A stretch of DNA of 64,000 nt from IMG/VR virus record IMGVR_UViG_3300046747_000566, positions 1 through 64,000 of that record; one strand, 5' to 3'. The notes beneath the pieces were generated by a model that did no database searches, was not told the DNA's origin, and worked only from the letters and a program-made list of their open reading frames with translations. The translations under genes and the position numbers were made by a program. Position 1 is the stretch's first letter. The number at the start of each line of letters is the position of its first letter. Below are positions 26,874 to 37,757 of the stretch, one piece after another. The DNA comes from a virus.

Positions 26874-28136
26874 ATGACTGAATTGTACCATGCTGGTCAA
26901 CTGTCCCAGCAGTCCCTCTTCTCTGATGCTGATTACATCGAACTCCAGCAGTTGACTTTGATTAACCCCACTGAAGACACTGCTACTCTTCCCCAGACAT
27001 CGAGCAAAATCAAGAGATGCTCCAAATGCAAAGAGTATAAGACTCTTGATGATTTTTATCGCAACAAGAACGCAAGGTTTGATGGACATGATCATCAATG
27101 CAAGGATTGTAGAAGCAAATATCGCTATGAGCATGTTGACTTGCAAAAAGAGCGAAACAGGCAAAGATATCTTGATCCCGTACGCCGTGAAGCTCATAAT
27201 TCTCAATGCAGAGAAAAGCGTCTTCGAGAAAATCCTCCTCCACCGCCACCCAAACGAGGACATAAGGTTTGTAATGAATGCAATCTGGAAAAGTCTCTTG
27301 CTGAATTTAATAAGTCCTCTGGGATTAAAGATGGGTATGCCGGTAAATGCAAAGAATGCCATCGTGAATATTACCGAAAATATCAAGAAGCACAGATGGC
27401 TAAACCTCCACAGCCATTGTCTGAATCCAAGGTATGCAGACAATGTGGAGAAGAGAAGTCTATTGATCAGTACCATTTCAGGGATAACAAACCTCTTGCC
27501 CGTTGCAAAGAATGCATTCGTGCTTATGATAGATCGAGAGATCTTCAACATAATCCTCGTAAAAACCCTCCTAGACCACGCGCTACCAATGAGGGCTATA
27601 AAGTTTGCACTATCTGTCTCACAGAAAAACGATTTACAGAATTTAACAAGAACACACAGCAGAAAGACGGATATTCTGGCAAGTGCCGAGAATGCACGAA
27701 AGAACGCTGGAAGAACCGAACACCAGAGGAGAAAAAGGCTCAAAGACAAAGACGATATCAGCTTGAAGAAGCAAGAAGAGACGCGATAAGGGCTTACGAT
27801 CAAGTAAGACTTCATACCCCTCAACGTCAAATGTATAGGCATAATCATGCAAACAGGCGAAAGGCCATTATGAACGGTAATTATGCTGAAGAGGTTAATT
27901 ATCAGCGCATTATTGATAGAGAGGGATATCATTGCTATATATGTAATCAAGACATCCTCCCTCATCACAAACTTGCTTTTGATCATTTTATACCTCTTTT
28001 GCCTAGAAATGGAGACCCAATAGGGACTCACACAGAAGATAACCTATACCCCACGCATCGGGAATGTAATGCCAGAAAGTCAAATCGAAAATTTGAAGAT
28101 CTAACAGACTTCGATAAGCGAGGTCCTGATAACTAA
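26874..28136 (+). CDS. HNH endonuclease with four CxxC...CxxC modules
   Basis: Modules CSKCKEYKTLDDF..CKDC, CNECNLEKSLAEF..CKEC, CRQCGEEKSIDQY..CKEC and CTICLTEKRFTEF..CREC. Core FDHFIPL...HRECNARKSN. Confidence 0.8.
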   Translation: MTELYHAGQLSQQSLFSDADYIELQQLTLINPTEDTATLPQTSSKIKRCSKCKEYKTLDDFYRNKNARFDGHDHQCKDCRSKYRYEHVDLQKERNRQRYLDPVRREAHNSQCREKRLRENPPPPPPKRGHKVCNECNLEKSLAEFNKSSGIKDGYAGKCKECHREYYRKYQEAQMAKPPQPLSESKVCRQCGEEKSIDQYHFRDNKPLARCKECIRAYDRSRDLQHNPRKNPPRPRATNEGYKVCTICLTEKRFTEFNKNTQQKDGYSGKCRECTKERWKNRTPEEKKAQRQRRYQLEEARRDAIRAYDQVRLHTPQRQMYRHNHANRRKAIMNGNYAEEVNYQRIIDREGYHCYICNQDILPHHKLAFDHFIPLLPRNGDPIGTHTEDNLYPTHRECNARKSNRKFEDLTDFDKRGPDN

Positions 28137-28146
28137 GATTGGCTCA

Positions 28147-28172
28147 GGAGTAGGGTAAACCCTACTCCTTTT
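28147..28172 (+). terminator. intrinsic terminator of HNH cassette 3
   Basis: GGAGTAGGG, TAAA loop, CCCTACTCC, TTTT. Confidence 0.65.
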
Positions 28173-28803
28173 GCCTGTATTGCTCAAGAATAGGCATATT
28201 GGAAAGTCAGTACGGGTAAGAGCGTCAATTTTGTTACTCACCACGCATGGCGGGCAAAGTCATTTCTGCTTTGCTCTGCACCTTCATTATTAGGATATAC
28301 GTGCAGTTCAGACTATATCATCCGTTTCCGGTCTCGCGTGTAGTCGTTACGGTGTCCCCCATCTCTGAAGGTTCCCTCGGTGTTATCATCCTCATGACTT
28401 TCACCGATATAGCGAGATTTGCAAATTATGCAGCTTTTTTCGCTACATAACTGGGGCTCGCTTTTTTCAAACCCGTGCTCATGTTAACCCCTGTGTACAA
28501 CACTAAACTGAATACCCACGTGTTTGCTGTGGTTGCTGCTGGTGTTGCTGTGCAGAGAATGTATTGTGTCCCATTATGTTCTGTGTAGGCTCTTTATCCT
28601 GCACTCTCCTCGTTTCCAAGGAGTATCGGATCATCTCATATTCCCAAAGGGAACCCGCGCACTCGTGGGCTTTTACTGTCCGTTCTGGACTCCCTAGCCT
28701 GATCTCTGAAGCTTCTAAGCATTCCTGCCTAGCTTGCCTGCGGATTGCCATGCATCATCTCCTTGATGTTTAGGTTTTCCGACAATTCACGCGGTTATTG
28801 CCT

Positions 28804-29406
28804 CTATATTGCTATAGAGCGGGGCAGCTTTACATACCCCTGGGCACTCTGCCATGTTGACAACCATGCTGCGCTTCCTGGTGATACAGCTCCAGCCGTT
28901 CCTGATGTTACCGCAAGAGTTGTGCCAGCCGCGCCTGCCGATGGTGCTTGTGATGATCCATTGCCGTAAGCATTGATCTTGAGGTAGCTGGTAGAACTGG
29001 TGTCACTACTGTGTCCGTTGACGATAGGACTGCCTGACTGAGCGCCTGGTTGTGTACCTGCCGATGGTGTAGCGTGGGTGTTATCGCCAAATGCTGAGAA
29101 CTGTGGAGCTGCTGCAAAGGTGCCAGTATTGTCCCAGTTCCACCTGAGCACGTTAGATTTTGCGTTGGTGCCATCGTACGTAGCAACCTGCAAGCCTGTG
29201 GTGTTAGCCGTGAACGCCCATAACTCAGGGACAGCCGCCGTTCCTGAGCTTGGCCTTGTAAAGTAGGGCCATGATGCCGACGCAGTTGTTGCGCCGCCAC
29301 CTCCCGTGTTACACCAACGCAGCTCGTTCGCACCACTAGAGCCGCCAAATGCCAACGCCGTTGATGTCCAAGTGGCCGAGGCATCCGTATTTGTATTGTA
29401 TTGCAC
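28804..29406 (-). CDS. G/S/T/A-rich fibre-associated protein
   Basis: ORF track. Composition and position among the fibre genes. Confidence 0.4.
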   Translation of the reverse strand: MQYNTNTDASATWTSTALAFGGSSGANELRWCNTGGGGATTASASWPYFTRPSSGTAAVPELWAFTANTTGLQVATYDGTNAKSNVLRWNWDNTGTFAAAPQFSAFGDNTHATPSAGTQPGAQSGSPIVNGHSSDTSSTSYLKINAYGNGSSQAPSAGAAGTTLAVTSGTAGAVSPGSAAWLSTWQSAQGYVKLPRSIAI

Positions 29407-29542
29407 GTTTATTGTGGTAAAGTCCGCTATTTTGTTTATTCCTTCCCTCTACACGCTTTACGAATGTATTGCATGCAGGCTATTCAATGGTAGCATTACG
29501 ATGATGTAAGCCAATATTGTGTATGAATTAACATGGAACCTC

Positions 29543-31057
29543 CTATCCAATGACGATATACTCCACTGCATACGTATTGCCTGCTTGTGAAGCACTTGGA
29601 GCTGTAGCGCATCCAAAGTTAAAACCTGTTGTAGATAGGCTTGGCCCGTCCACATATGGGTTTAATGCTGCTGTTGCTTGGTTTCCCGCTGTGAGCACTA
29701 TCACTGGCGTGCTTGCATAGCTTTTAGCGAACGTTACGCTGACCTGTGCTCCTGATGAAGGTGATGTTCCACTGCCAAACAGTACTCTGCCTCGCATGTC
29801 CGTTGTGTCGCCATTGCCAGCGCTGGGAGCAGGAGGGGAACCACCATTCGCTGTGAGAGCCGCTAGAGCAGGAACACCTGAGAGTGTGCTGCTTGACACG
29901 AGATGTCTATCGAGCTGAACATCCCCCACATGCTCAACAGCAGATGGTGTGATATAGCTATCAAGAAAGATGTCATTGCCTGTATTGCGGTAGTGATTAT
30001 GCGATGCAATCAGATATGCAGGTTGACCGCCTCCGGTCTGCGTGCTATTAACCTGATAGGCGATGGCTTGGGAGAACGCGGGATCGCTTGGATTATTGGG
30101 GCTAGCATCCCATCCACCTTGAATGATGTTGCCAAGGACAAGACACCGTGTTTCAGTCAATCCGCCAAATGTGATAGAAAGGTGTCGATAGTGGTAATTA
30201 GCAGCGGGCTCGGTAGTGGCGATGTTATTTCCTGAGACGATTGTTGGATGTGGGCCAATAGCAGTGATTTCAATGCCTGATATAAAGTCATTCCCGCTAA
30301 CGTCCTGCCCATATCCATCAATCTTGTTGTCAATGACAAAAGTTGAGTAGCAATTGCTGAGCGATATGCCAGATGCTTGATTGTCGTAACAGTAATTGCG
30401 AGAGACAAAAAAGCCAGTAGAACGTTCAATTCTTATTGCGTCAAGTGTTGCATCACTAACTATGCAAGAGTCGATATAGCCGTCTATGAGCTTTCCATTG
30501 ATGTCACGCCCATATATGCCATGCCCTAAGCAGTTCGACACTTTGCATGACTCTAGCCTATTTTCTACGCAAGTATTCGATATAGCTGAGCCCGATTGGT
30601 TTACACTGGAGATCATAATACCGTTATTAACGCAGTTTTGCACCGTGCATTCTCTCATAATGGAATTGTAGTTCATAAGGACTATTCCGTGACCTGATAA
30701 ATTATTAGAGGAATTAGCATCAATTGTTATATTTGTAATTATTATGGGGTTCCCGCTTGTTGATTCATTTGTTATCCATGCTTGGGAGGCAACAACAGCA
30801 ACGAGATTAGCGCCGTCTTTCATCTTGATAGTTGAATTATTTGTGCCAAGGTAGGATCGCTTGCCAGGAAGCTGAATGACTGTCCCAACGACGTAGGTCC
30901 CAGGAGGAAAAAAGATAATAGAGTCATCCATCGAAGCATTGATGCATGTCTGGATGGCAGTAGAATCGTCCGTGAAACCGTCGCCAACCGATCCATAGTC
31001 GCGAACATTGAAATACAGTATTCCGTACCCAGGATCAACACTAGAAGGATATGGCAT
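29543..31057 (-). CDS. right-handed beta-helix (pectate-lyase-fold) tailspike/depolymerase-like protein
   Basis: N-terminus FNVRDYGSVGDGFTDDSTAIQTCINAS. Repetitive N/G-rich rungs. Confidence 0.65.
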   Translation of the reverse strand: MPYPSSVDPGYGILYFNVRDYGSVGDGFTDDSTAIQTCINASMDDSIIFFPPGTYVVGTVIQLPGKRSYLGTNNSTIKMKDGANLVAVVASQAWITNESTSGNPIIITNITIDANSSNNLSGHGIVLMNYNSIMRECTVQNCVNNGIMISSVNQSGSAISNTCVENRLESCKVSNCLGHGIYGRDINGKLIDGYIDSCIVSDATLDAIRIERSTGFFVSRNYCYDNQASGISLSNCYSTFVIDNKIDGYGQDVSGNDFISGIEITAIGPHPTIVSGNNIATTEPAANYHYRHLSITFGGLTETRCLVLGNIIQGGWDASPNNPSDPAFSQAIAYQVNSTQTGGGQPAYLIASHNHYRNTGNDIFLDSYITPSAVEHVGDVQLDRHLVSSSTLSGVPALAALTANGGSPPAPSAGNGDTTDMRGRVLFGSGTSPSSGAQVSVTFAKSYASTPVIVLTAGNQATAALNPYVDGPSLSTTGFNFGCATAPSASQAGNTYAVEYIVIG

Positions 31058-31084
31058 TTATTGTCTCTCTTTCATCTTTGCTCG

Positions 31085-31441
31085 TTATTTGCCAATGAGC
31101 GAAACTGAATAAACGTAGCCTGGACTACTAGAGCCACCGATCACCCATCGAAACTGCACAGTCCCCCCAAAGGACTGGCTGATAGCAAGGCCTGCTCCAA
31201 TCGAAGTTGAGCACCCGGTGAAAGGCGTTGTTGACTGTATCGAGCTCGCCCAAAGCGGATAATAAATACCATCAACACCTAATCTATCAATAAAAAACTG
31301 TATTGTCGGTGATGTTCCTTGTTTACTGGTACCATTGATATCAACCGCTATCTCAGCGTAGTTTCCTACCAAGAGAATGCCGCTGTTATTCGATGCTACT
31401 ATTAGCTGAGATGTCTGTGTCCATATGGTCTGAGCGCTCAT
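31085..31441 (-). CDS. small structural protein paralogous to a segment of the 1521-aa protein
   Basis: IAVDINGTSKQGTSPTIQFFIDRLGVDGIYYPLW here, versus IAVDINITAVSGTSPTIQFFVDRKDVNGIYYQLW in 33119..37684. Confidence 0.5.
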   Translation of the reverse strand: MSAQTIWTQTSQLIVASNNSGILLVGNYAEIAVDINGTSKQGTSPTIQFFIDRLGVDGIYYPLWASSIQSTTPFTGCSTSIGAGLAISQSFGGTVQFRWVIGGSSSPGYVYSVSLIGK

Positions 31442-31459
31442 TCATTTCGTCCTTGATTT

Positions 31460-31651
31460 CTAAGGCACAACAAGATGTGATCCGATTGCGCTAATAGTCG
31501 TGATGGCGGCGGCAAGATTAGGAGCACGTGGATCTACCCAGAGCCACACCAGAAAAGCGGCGTCTGTATAGAGCAGTGTTGTCCCACTATAACTATTCAT
31601 AGCATTTGATGCTGTTGTTGAATTTTCTGTTGTTACAATGTATTTCGCCAT
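31460..31651 (-). CDS. hypothetical small protein
   Basis: ORF track. Confidence 0.3.
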   Translation of the reverse strand: MAKYIVTTENSTTASNAMNSYSGTTLLYTDAAFLVWLWVDPRAPNLAAAITTISAIGSHLVVP

Positions 31652-31660
31652 CTTATACTC

Positions 31661-33109
31661 CTATAGAAACACATGATAGAAAAAGCCGTACACAGTATTG
31701 GCTTGGCTTGCGCTAGGTGCATTGACAGATGAAACAGTAAAGTTTGTCGTTGTTGTAGCCACGTAAAGGTTAAGCGATGCTGAAGCTGAGTTGATCGGCG
31801 TGATGGTGACTTTCGGGGCATTGGCATAGGCAACGTTAAAGGTAACGACGGCCATAGCGCCCGCCACTGGTGAGGTCCCCGTGCCAAATGTGATCTTGCC
31901 AGAGATATCTGTAGCAGTTGTAAGTGCTGGCGCTGGTGGTGATGTTCCAGCATTAGCGCCAGCCGCTGCCGTGGGACTCACTGGACTCACTGATCCAATG
32001 TGCCCCAATATTGTGAAATCGCCACCTACTACGTGTGCATCGCCGCCGTATGTGGTGTTTGTCGCAACATTTTTTGCATCATTATCATGAAAGTAGCATT
32101 TCCATGAAGTTGTGTTGTTGGTTTGAATAAGGTATCCAATGCTTCCGCTTTGATTACTACCATTTACAGTATTATTGGTAACTATCGCTATTGGAGATAA
32201 TGAACTAAGGCCATTCCCATTAATGCTGATCCCATAGTATGGTCCCGTAGCCGCTCCACCTTCAAAACCTATATGGTTTGCTATACATGATGATGCTCGG
32301 CCATCGTTAATATTCATGATAATACCAGAAATATTTGTAGAAGAACCAGAGCCAAATCCATCAATGTAATTGCCGATTACACGCGTTGCATAGCATTGAT
32401 CAATCTTCATTGCATCAGTGCCCGTGCCGTAAATATGGTTTCCTTGTATGAGCCACCCTCCACCAGAGTTGACACTTATTCCTCTAGCACCTGCATTAGC
32501 AATAATACAATCCTCAAGGAATCCATCAGTGCATACATTGGCACTATCAGAAATATAAATGCCGTTTCCCCCACATGATCTTGCTTGGATGCGCCTAATT
32601 TTTGCTTCTACACAAGTATTCGATATATGCATACTGTTCCGTGAATTAGCAGTATGAACAAAGCCTGCGCCAGCAACAGTTGTAATCGAGATATTATCAA
32701 AGCTGCTCCAAAAATTCATCGAAACAAAGCCATGTGCATTGCTTCCAGTAGTTGCGCTGTTTCCGTCAATTTGAATGTCGCTTATTTCTACAGGATTACC
32801 ACATGTTGTGCTGTTGTTATACCAATCCTTAGAACACAATACAGGCGTCGTGAGCGCCGTGCCTGTCTTCACTTTTATGACGGTTCCACTGTTGCTGTCG
32901 CCAGCTCCGACGATCCTGATGTTCCCAGGGAATAGAATGCTGGCAGATACGATGTATGTCCCCGAGGGAAATACCACCATTGACCCGGATGGCACTGAAT
33001 TTAGGCAGGTCTGAATGGCTGCCGTATCGTCAGTGCTCCCGTCGCCTTTCGCTCCGTAATCTTTTACGCTTGCTGTGTATATTGGTGTGTCTACAATAAA
33101 AAGCGGCAT
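31661..33109 (-). CDS. second beta-helix tailspike/depolymerase-like protein
   Basis: VKDYGAKGDGSTDDTAAIQTCLNS. C-terminal module resembles that of 29543..31057. Confidence 0.65.
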   Translation of the reverse strand: MPLFIVDTPIYTASVKDYGAKGDGSTDDTAAIQTCLNSVPSGSMVVFPSGTYIVSASILFPGNIRIVGAGDSNSGTVIKVKTGTALTTPVLCSKDWYNNSTTCGNPVEISDIQIDGNSATTGSNAHGFVSMNFWSSFDNISITTVAGAGFVHTANSRNSMHISNTCVEAKIRRIQARSCGGNGIYISDSANVCTDGFLEDCIIANAGARGISVNSGGGWLIQGNHIYGTGTDAMKIDQCYATRVIGNYIDGFGSGSSTNISGIIMNINDGRASSCIANHIGFEGGAATGPYYGISINGNGLSSLSPIAIVTNNTVNGSNQSGSIGYLIQTNNTTSWKCYFHDNDAKNVATNTTYGGDAHVVGGDFTILGHIGSVSPVSPTAAAGANAGTSPPAPALTTATDISGKITFGTGTSPVAGAMAVVTFNVAYANAPKVTITPINSASASLNLYVATTTTNFTVSSVNAPSASQANTVYGFFYHVFL

Positions 33110-33118
33110 GCTATTCTC

Positions 33119-36100
33119 CTATTTCAGTGTCGTTGCCAGTAGTTGCCACGGGCTGCCTATGTTCGCGTTCTCAGTGCAAGTAATATTTTGCCAATAAATT
33201 TGCGTAGGATTACCATTTTCAGTGCCTATACTTTGAGATGTAGATATTCCTGTAATAAGCATAGATGCATCATTTATATTGAATTCTGGTAGAAAAACAG
33301 GGAGATATTGACCGATAGCAAGCGATGGGTTGCGTCTCCATGTCTTGAAGGTGATAGTGCGTCCCTGAGTACCGTATTTCTGAAGCAGTGCGTTTCCATA
33401 GGCCGTAGCCGCCGCGACATTCAAGCTCTGGCTAGATACATCCTCTACAACCGCGACAATGCCAAGGCCTGCACTCTGCACATCGAGAGTGCCTGTGACA
33501 GAAGCTGAGAAGGTGAAAGACGGGGTTGTCCCTGTGATAGTCCAGCGAAGTCTGGCGATTGCTCCGAGCGCTTGATTGATCGTTGAAAACGCACCTATCG
33601 TGGTCGATATTGGGCTTGCAGCGCTCACTACATTGCTAGACCAGAGTTGATAATAAATGCCATTGACATCTTTACGGTCAACAAAGAATTGGATGGTTGG
33701 CGATGTGCCTGAAACAGCCGTGATATTGATATCTACTGCTATTCTTCTGCACTTGCTTACATCCAAGTCTCCAAAGTCAGATGAGGTAGTATGAGCAGCA
33801 CTCGCGCCATTCAATACATTCTGGATAGCCTGTGTGCGACCCATGCGCTGAGCAAACTGCTTTTGTGTGACAGTGCCTGCGAGATTGGTGTTATCTACAG
33901 TAATGCTTGTGATGTATTGATATGTATAGTTTTGAAAGAGCAATATATCTGTTTGCTGTAATACCGTGCCTGATGGGTCTTGATCTATCGCGTTGCTGCC
34001 AGGCGTATAGTAGAAATCTTTCCCGCTGTCGATACCTTTAATGCCAATAGTTTTGAGCTGATTATTTAGATAAACAAGAGGAGGACTGATAATCTCGCCA
34101 CCAAGTGCCCATGATGTGCTCGTGCCATCCCCGATCTTGGTCTCGCTCTTGGTGCCTGTGGCTACTACACCATCCAAGACCATCTCATTTCTATAGAGAT
34201 CTGCACTGTAATCCACGGTGAGGGGCCCGTCGAGCAAGAGTTGCTGATCAGCAGATTGCAGTATCCATGGCGCTGGTTGCGCAACCCGTGGGCCAAAGAT
34301 AAAATTCAAGTTTTGATCGATAAACCATGTGTAGTCTGATTTCTTGGCAAGATCATTGATATTATCTGAAAGGTAGGTATTGGTGTAATCTGCCGTTGGG
34401 ATGAGCGAACCAATCCCGATATTGGGATGCAATGCTGCCACCGTCAGATCGGTTAACTGTGGCGTCTGGGTTGGATCGGTGCTCGTCAGTGTGACTTTCG
34501 AATACACGACTTTATTGCTGAGATTATCGCCTTGAGGCTGGACTCTGAAGTTGTAGAAGTGCGCTGTACCTGTATCGTTGCTCATGCCGACCTGACCAGC
34601 GCTAAGCGGGCTTGGATCAGTGTAGGTTAGGATCGGCACCCCATCAAAGTACGCTGCAATCACACCGCCTGTCATGGTAACTCGAATACGGCGCTTTGTG
34701 CTTCTTGTAAACGAGATGGCACCTGCTGCTAAGAGGTTCCTAATGCCGCTCACGCGCTTAACCAGCATCATGGTATTAGGATCATTTGACGATGACGCAT
34801 CATTTACTATCAATTGATAATAATTATTGATATTAGCGTATCTCCAAACGATGCCTCCTGTGTCGCTTTGATCCATGTCAACGATGATGTCAATATTCGA
34901 TGCTGAAATTGCATTGTAGAGCAGTAAGCCTAAAGATCCACCTGAAGCGGCTAAGCGGCTATTGAGCGTGTCCCAAAACCACGGGACGGCACTGCCACCC
35001 GTAAAGAATGTCGAAGTGTAGTTTGGATTGCTATTTGTTGCGAAAGTGTCGAGGGTAGCATTGGGCTGTGAAGTGATGCCACTAATCGAACCACCATTGG
35101 TGGCACCTGAGTAGCTCACCCCATTCAGGCTTGTAGCCACAGCCACACTCGTGCCGTTCGGCGTGGTAGCTACCCAGGACGTGAGGGTTGAGCCCGCCGT
35201 ACCTGCATTGGAGAGCGAGAGAAATGGAGCGATACGGGTGCCTGATGAGCTGAAGCCACCCAGAACACGCGCCAAAAGATACCTGAGCTGCGGCATGCTG
35301 GTAGCGGTTGCGGTCGTTAGCGTCACCTTAAATCTAAGGTTGACACCTGAGAGCGACTGACCGAGTGTGAGGCCTGGAATAGCCGCGCCATTGGTGGCAG
35401 TTGCGTAGGTCGAGCCACCGTTAATACTACTCTCGACGAGCAGGGTAGTGCTCTGCGAGTTGAGTGAGTCATCTTCCCAGTAGATCACGCTATTCCCGTA
35501 GTTGGCAGCTCCTGTGAGTGAAATATTATTCGATATCCATGTGCCTGTAAGCGCCTTCATTAAGCCAAAGTTGTCAAAGAATGAAATATATCCATTAGAT
35601 GCATCGCCATTTGAGACGCGAAAACCAACATAGCCCGCCGCCGTATACGTGCCATCTGTAGCGTTTATTACTTGTACATCATCAAGGAATATCTGATGGG
35701 ACGATCCGCTAAAAATAACCTTTATGCGATGCGTTGCTTGTGACGTGAGGTTGACAGTAGCAGTGGCAACCTGTGTACGTGTTCCTGCTGAAGCTGCTGA
35801 GCTGTTTGATCCTCTCTGAAGCGCGATAGTGGTACCGAATATTTCTACGGCATAGGCATAATTCGCGTCATAGTTACTCCATCCTGTTGTGCGATAGACA
35901 CAACCGACTTTCATAGCAGTATTGTCTACATACACATCAAATTCGAATGTTCCATCTGCAATCTGACCAGCAAAATCCATGCGCGAGCGTGCTTCCGTGC
36001 TTTGGTGAACTTGCAAGCTAAATTGCTTCTTATTCACGTACTGCAAGCAAGAATTCACATTATTTGGCCCAGTTGCAGCACCTCCAAAGAGTGTTATGCT

Positions 36101-37684
36101 TGATATATCATTGTTTGTTTGATTGTCATCAAAATAATTATTAGAGCCTACTAATTGCAAAAAGAGTCCTGATGCTTGCGTATTCGTAAATGTTCCTGTA
36201 TTCTGAAATGCTGCACTTACTGTGGCAGAATATGTCACATCTGATTTTGTTGCTGCATACGATGGATTGAGCACTAATTTTATTGAATTGAGGATAGGTG
36301 GCGTTTCTGGGTTTGCTCCTTTGCTCTGAATGGGCTCCTCAGCTATGATGATGGAGGTGCCAGCCAAACTTGAGCCAGCCGGAAGGATTGGCAATGCAGC
36401 ATTGTTTGTGCACTTGATATATGAATTGCCACCATCTACTGAATATTTGATGATCACACTAGTATTGTCTGGTTCTGTTGAATTCCAAGTGATAAACGAG
36501 TTCTTGAGTATTCCAACTGAGCTAATATCATAAGATGGTGAAAGACGCTCTGCAACCGTACAATCATAAGTATCAACAACTTTCACAGTTGTTGATGCAA
36601 AGCCTTGATTTTGCAACTGCTGCGGAGGATTGACATTGAGTGAATTTTGAAAGAAATATTGATTATTAGAAAAGTCAGCATTCAAATATTGAATATCCTT
36701 AAACCAAGCGGTATACGTCCCTGGCTTATCGCCTTCGCAAGCAACTGAAATGTAGGCAATATTTTTACCTGCAAAATTGCCGAGATTAAAAGTACGGCCA
36801 TACCATCTGCCTTGGTCGGCATAACCTTGCAGGTCGGTGCCTGGATGAGGCGAGAGATTGTTTTGCGAAACCTCTCCTGATGTGAAGTTGTCCCTTAAAG
36901 TTGTATTATCAGTGAATGTAATATCAACGCCGAATCTACCTTCAGGTGATGTGGGATCTATCCATATATTATAGAAGAGGTAACGCGTTGAAACAACGGT
37001 AAAAGTGCTGGAAGGCGAATATATCTTCACGTATGTGTAGGTATTGCTCTGTCCTACCCCTGTTTGAGTGCATTGCAGCCTAATGGCTTTCTCTGATATT
37101 GGGAGCAAAGTATTATTTGATGCAATAACATTTTGAAGAGTTCCGGTTGAAAATGCTGCTGTAGTGTTTTCAGTGATTGTTACGGTACTTCCTGCGGGTG
37201 CTAGCTCTAAATCGCCTCCAAGATTGGAGGTTGCTACGGTGCCGTTGAGAGTTCCTTGAGCAAATTCAGGCTGAGTATTGTCATCGCGTATAGCATAGTT
37301 GGCGACAACCCCGTCCTGAGACAAATGATCATTGACCATCGAAGCCGCCGCCACACCTGCATACTGCTGATTAACGACTCTATTGGTTGTCTTCTTGCCA
37401 GCTAGGAATTGATTATCCATGCAATCCAGTTGCCAAGCAAGAGCAGCATTTGCATCGTATTTGGTGGCCACAGGCTTGGCAACAAATCCAGTGAATTTGA
37501 TGCCTTCAAGCGTATCTGAGACGGTGACGGGTTGACCGAATTGGAAGCTATAGGTATTGTTCGCATCAAATATCGTGAGACGCACGGTAGATCTCTCGTC
37601 TACCTTGTCGTCTAAAGAGTGCGTCGTATTGAGCACTGGATAGATTATGCCTGCTATGGAAGCGGTGAGATTTGTGGCTGTCAT
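33119..37684 (-). CDS. 1521-aa tail tip/baseplate fibre protein with several jelly-roll-like domains
   Basis: Lies immediately downstream of the tape measure gene. Size and composition fit. Confidence 0.6.
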   Translation of the reverse strand: MTATNLTASIAGIIYPVLNTTHSLDDKVDERSTVRLTIFDANNTYSFQFGQPVTVSDTLEGIKFTGFVAKPVATKYDANAALAWQLDCMDNQFLAGKKTTNRVVNQQYAGVAAASMVNDHLSQDGVVANYAIRDDNTQPEFAQGTLNGTVATSNLGGDLELAPAGSTVTITENTTAAFSTGTLQNVIASNNTLLPISEKAIRLQCTQTGVGQSNTYTYVKIYSPSSTFTVVSTRYLFYNIWIDPTSPEGRFGVDITFTDNTTLRDNFTSGEVSQNNLSPHPGTDLQGYADQGRWYGRTFNLGNFAGKNIAYISVACEGDKPGTYTAWFKDIQYLNADFSNNQYFFQNSLNVNPPQQLQNQGFASTTVKVVDTYDCTVAERLSPSYDISSVGILKNSFITWNSTEPDNTSVIIKYSVDGGNSYIKCTNNAALPILPAGSSLAGTSIIIAEEPIQSKGANPETPPILNSIKLVLNPSYAATKSDVTYSATVSAAFQNTGTFTNTQASGLFLQLVGSNNYFDDNQTNNDISSITLFGGAATGPNNVNSCLQYVNKKQFSLQVHQSTEARSRMDFAGQIADGTFEFDVYVDNTAMKVGCVYRTTGWSNYDANYAYAVEIFGTTIALQRGSNSSAASAGTRTQVATATVNLTSQATHRIKVIFSGSSHQIFLDDVQVINATDGTYTAAGYVGFRVSNGDASNGYISFFDNFGLMKALTGTWISNNISLTGAANYGNSVIYWEDDSLNSQSTTLLVESSINGGSTYATATNGAAIPGLTLGQSLSGVNLRFKVTLTTATATSMPQLRYLLARVLGGFSSSGTRIAPFLSLSNAGTAGSTLTSWVATTPNGTSVAVATSLNGVSYSGATNGGSISGITSQPNATLDTFATNSNPNYTSTFFTGGSAVPWFWDTLNSRLAASGGSLGLLLYNAISASNIDIIVDMDQSDTGGIVWRYANINNYYQLIVNDASSSNDPNTMMLVKRVSGIRNLLAAGAISFTRSTKRRIRVTMTGGVIAAYFDGVPILTYTDPSPLSAGQVGMSNDTGTAHFYNFRVQPQGDNLSNKVVYSKVTLTSTDPTQTPQLTDLTVAALHPNIGIGSLIPTADYTNTYLSDNINDLAKKSDYTWFIDQNLNFIFGPRVAQPAPWILQSADQQLLLDGPLTVDYSADLYRNEMVLDGVVATGTKSETKIGDGTSTSWALGGEIISPPLVYLNNQLKTIGIKGIDSGKDFYYTPGSNAIDQDPSGTVLQQTDILLFQNYTYQYITSITVDNTNLAGTVTQKQFAQRMGRTQAIQNVLNGASAAHTTSSDFGDLDVSKCRRIAVDINITAVSGTSPTIQFFVDRKDVNGIYYQLWSSNVVSAASPISTTIGAFSTINQALGAIARLRWTITGTTPSFTFSASVTGTLDVQSAGLGIVAVVEDVSSQSLNVAAATAYGNALLQKYGTQGRTITFKTWRRNPSLAIGQYLPVFLPEFNINDASMLITGISTSQSIGTENGNPTQIYWQNITCTENANIGSPWQLLATTLK

Positions 37685-37757
37685 GCAGGCCCTCCCACAT
37701 CTTTGTAGAATGGCTTCATACTATAGATTGGCTTCTGGAGCAAGTTTACAGGATTTT

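Noticed and set aside
22185-37684. A diversity-generating retroelement acting on the fibre genes.
   Set aside because: I found no reverse-transcriptase-like ORF (no YxDD motif) and no template/variable repeat pair with A-specific differences in the window.
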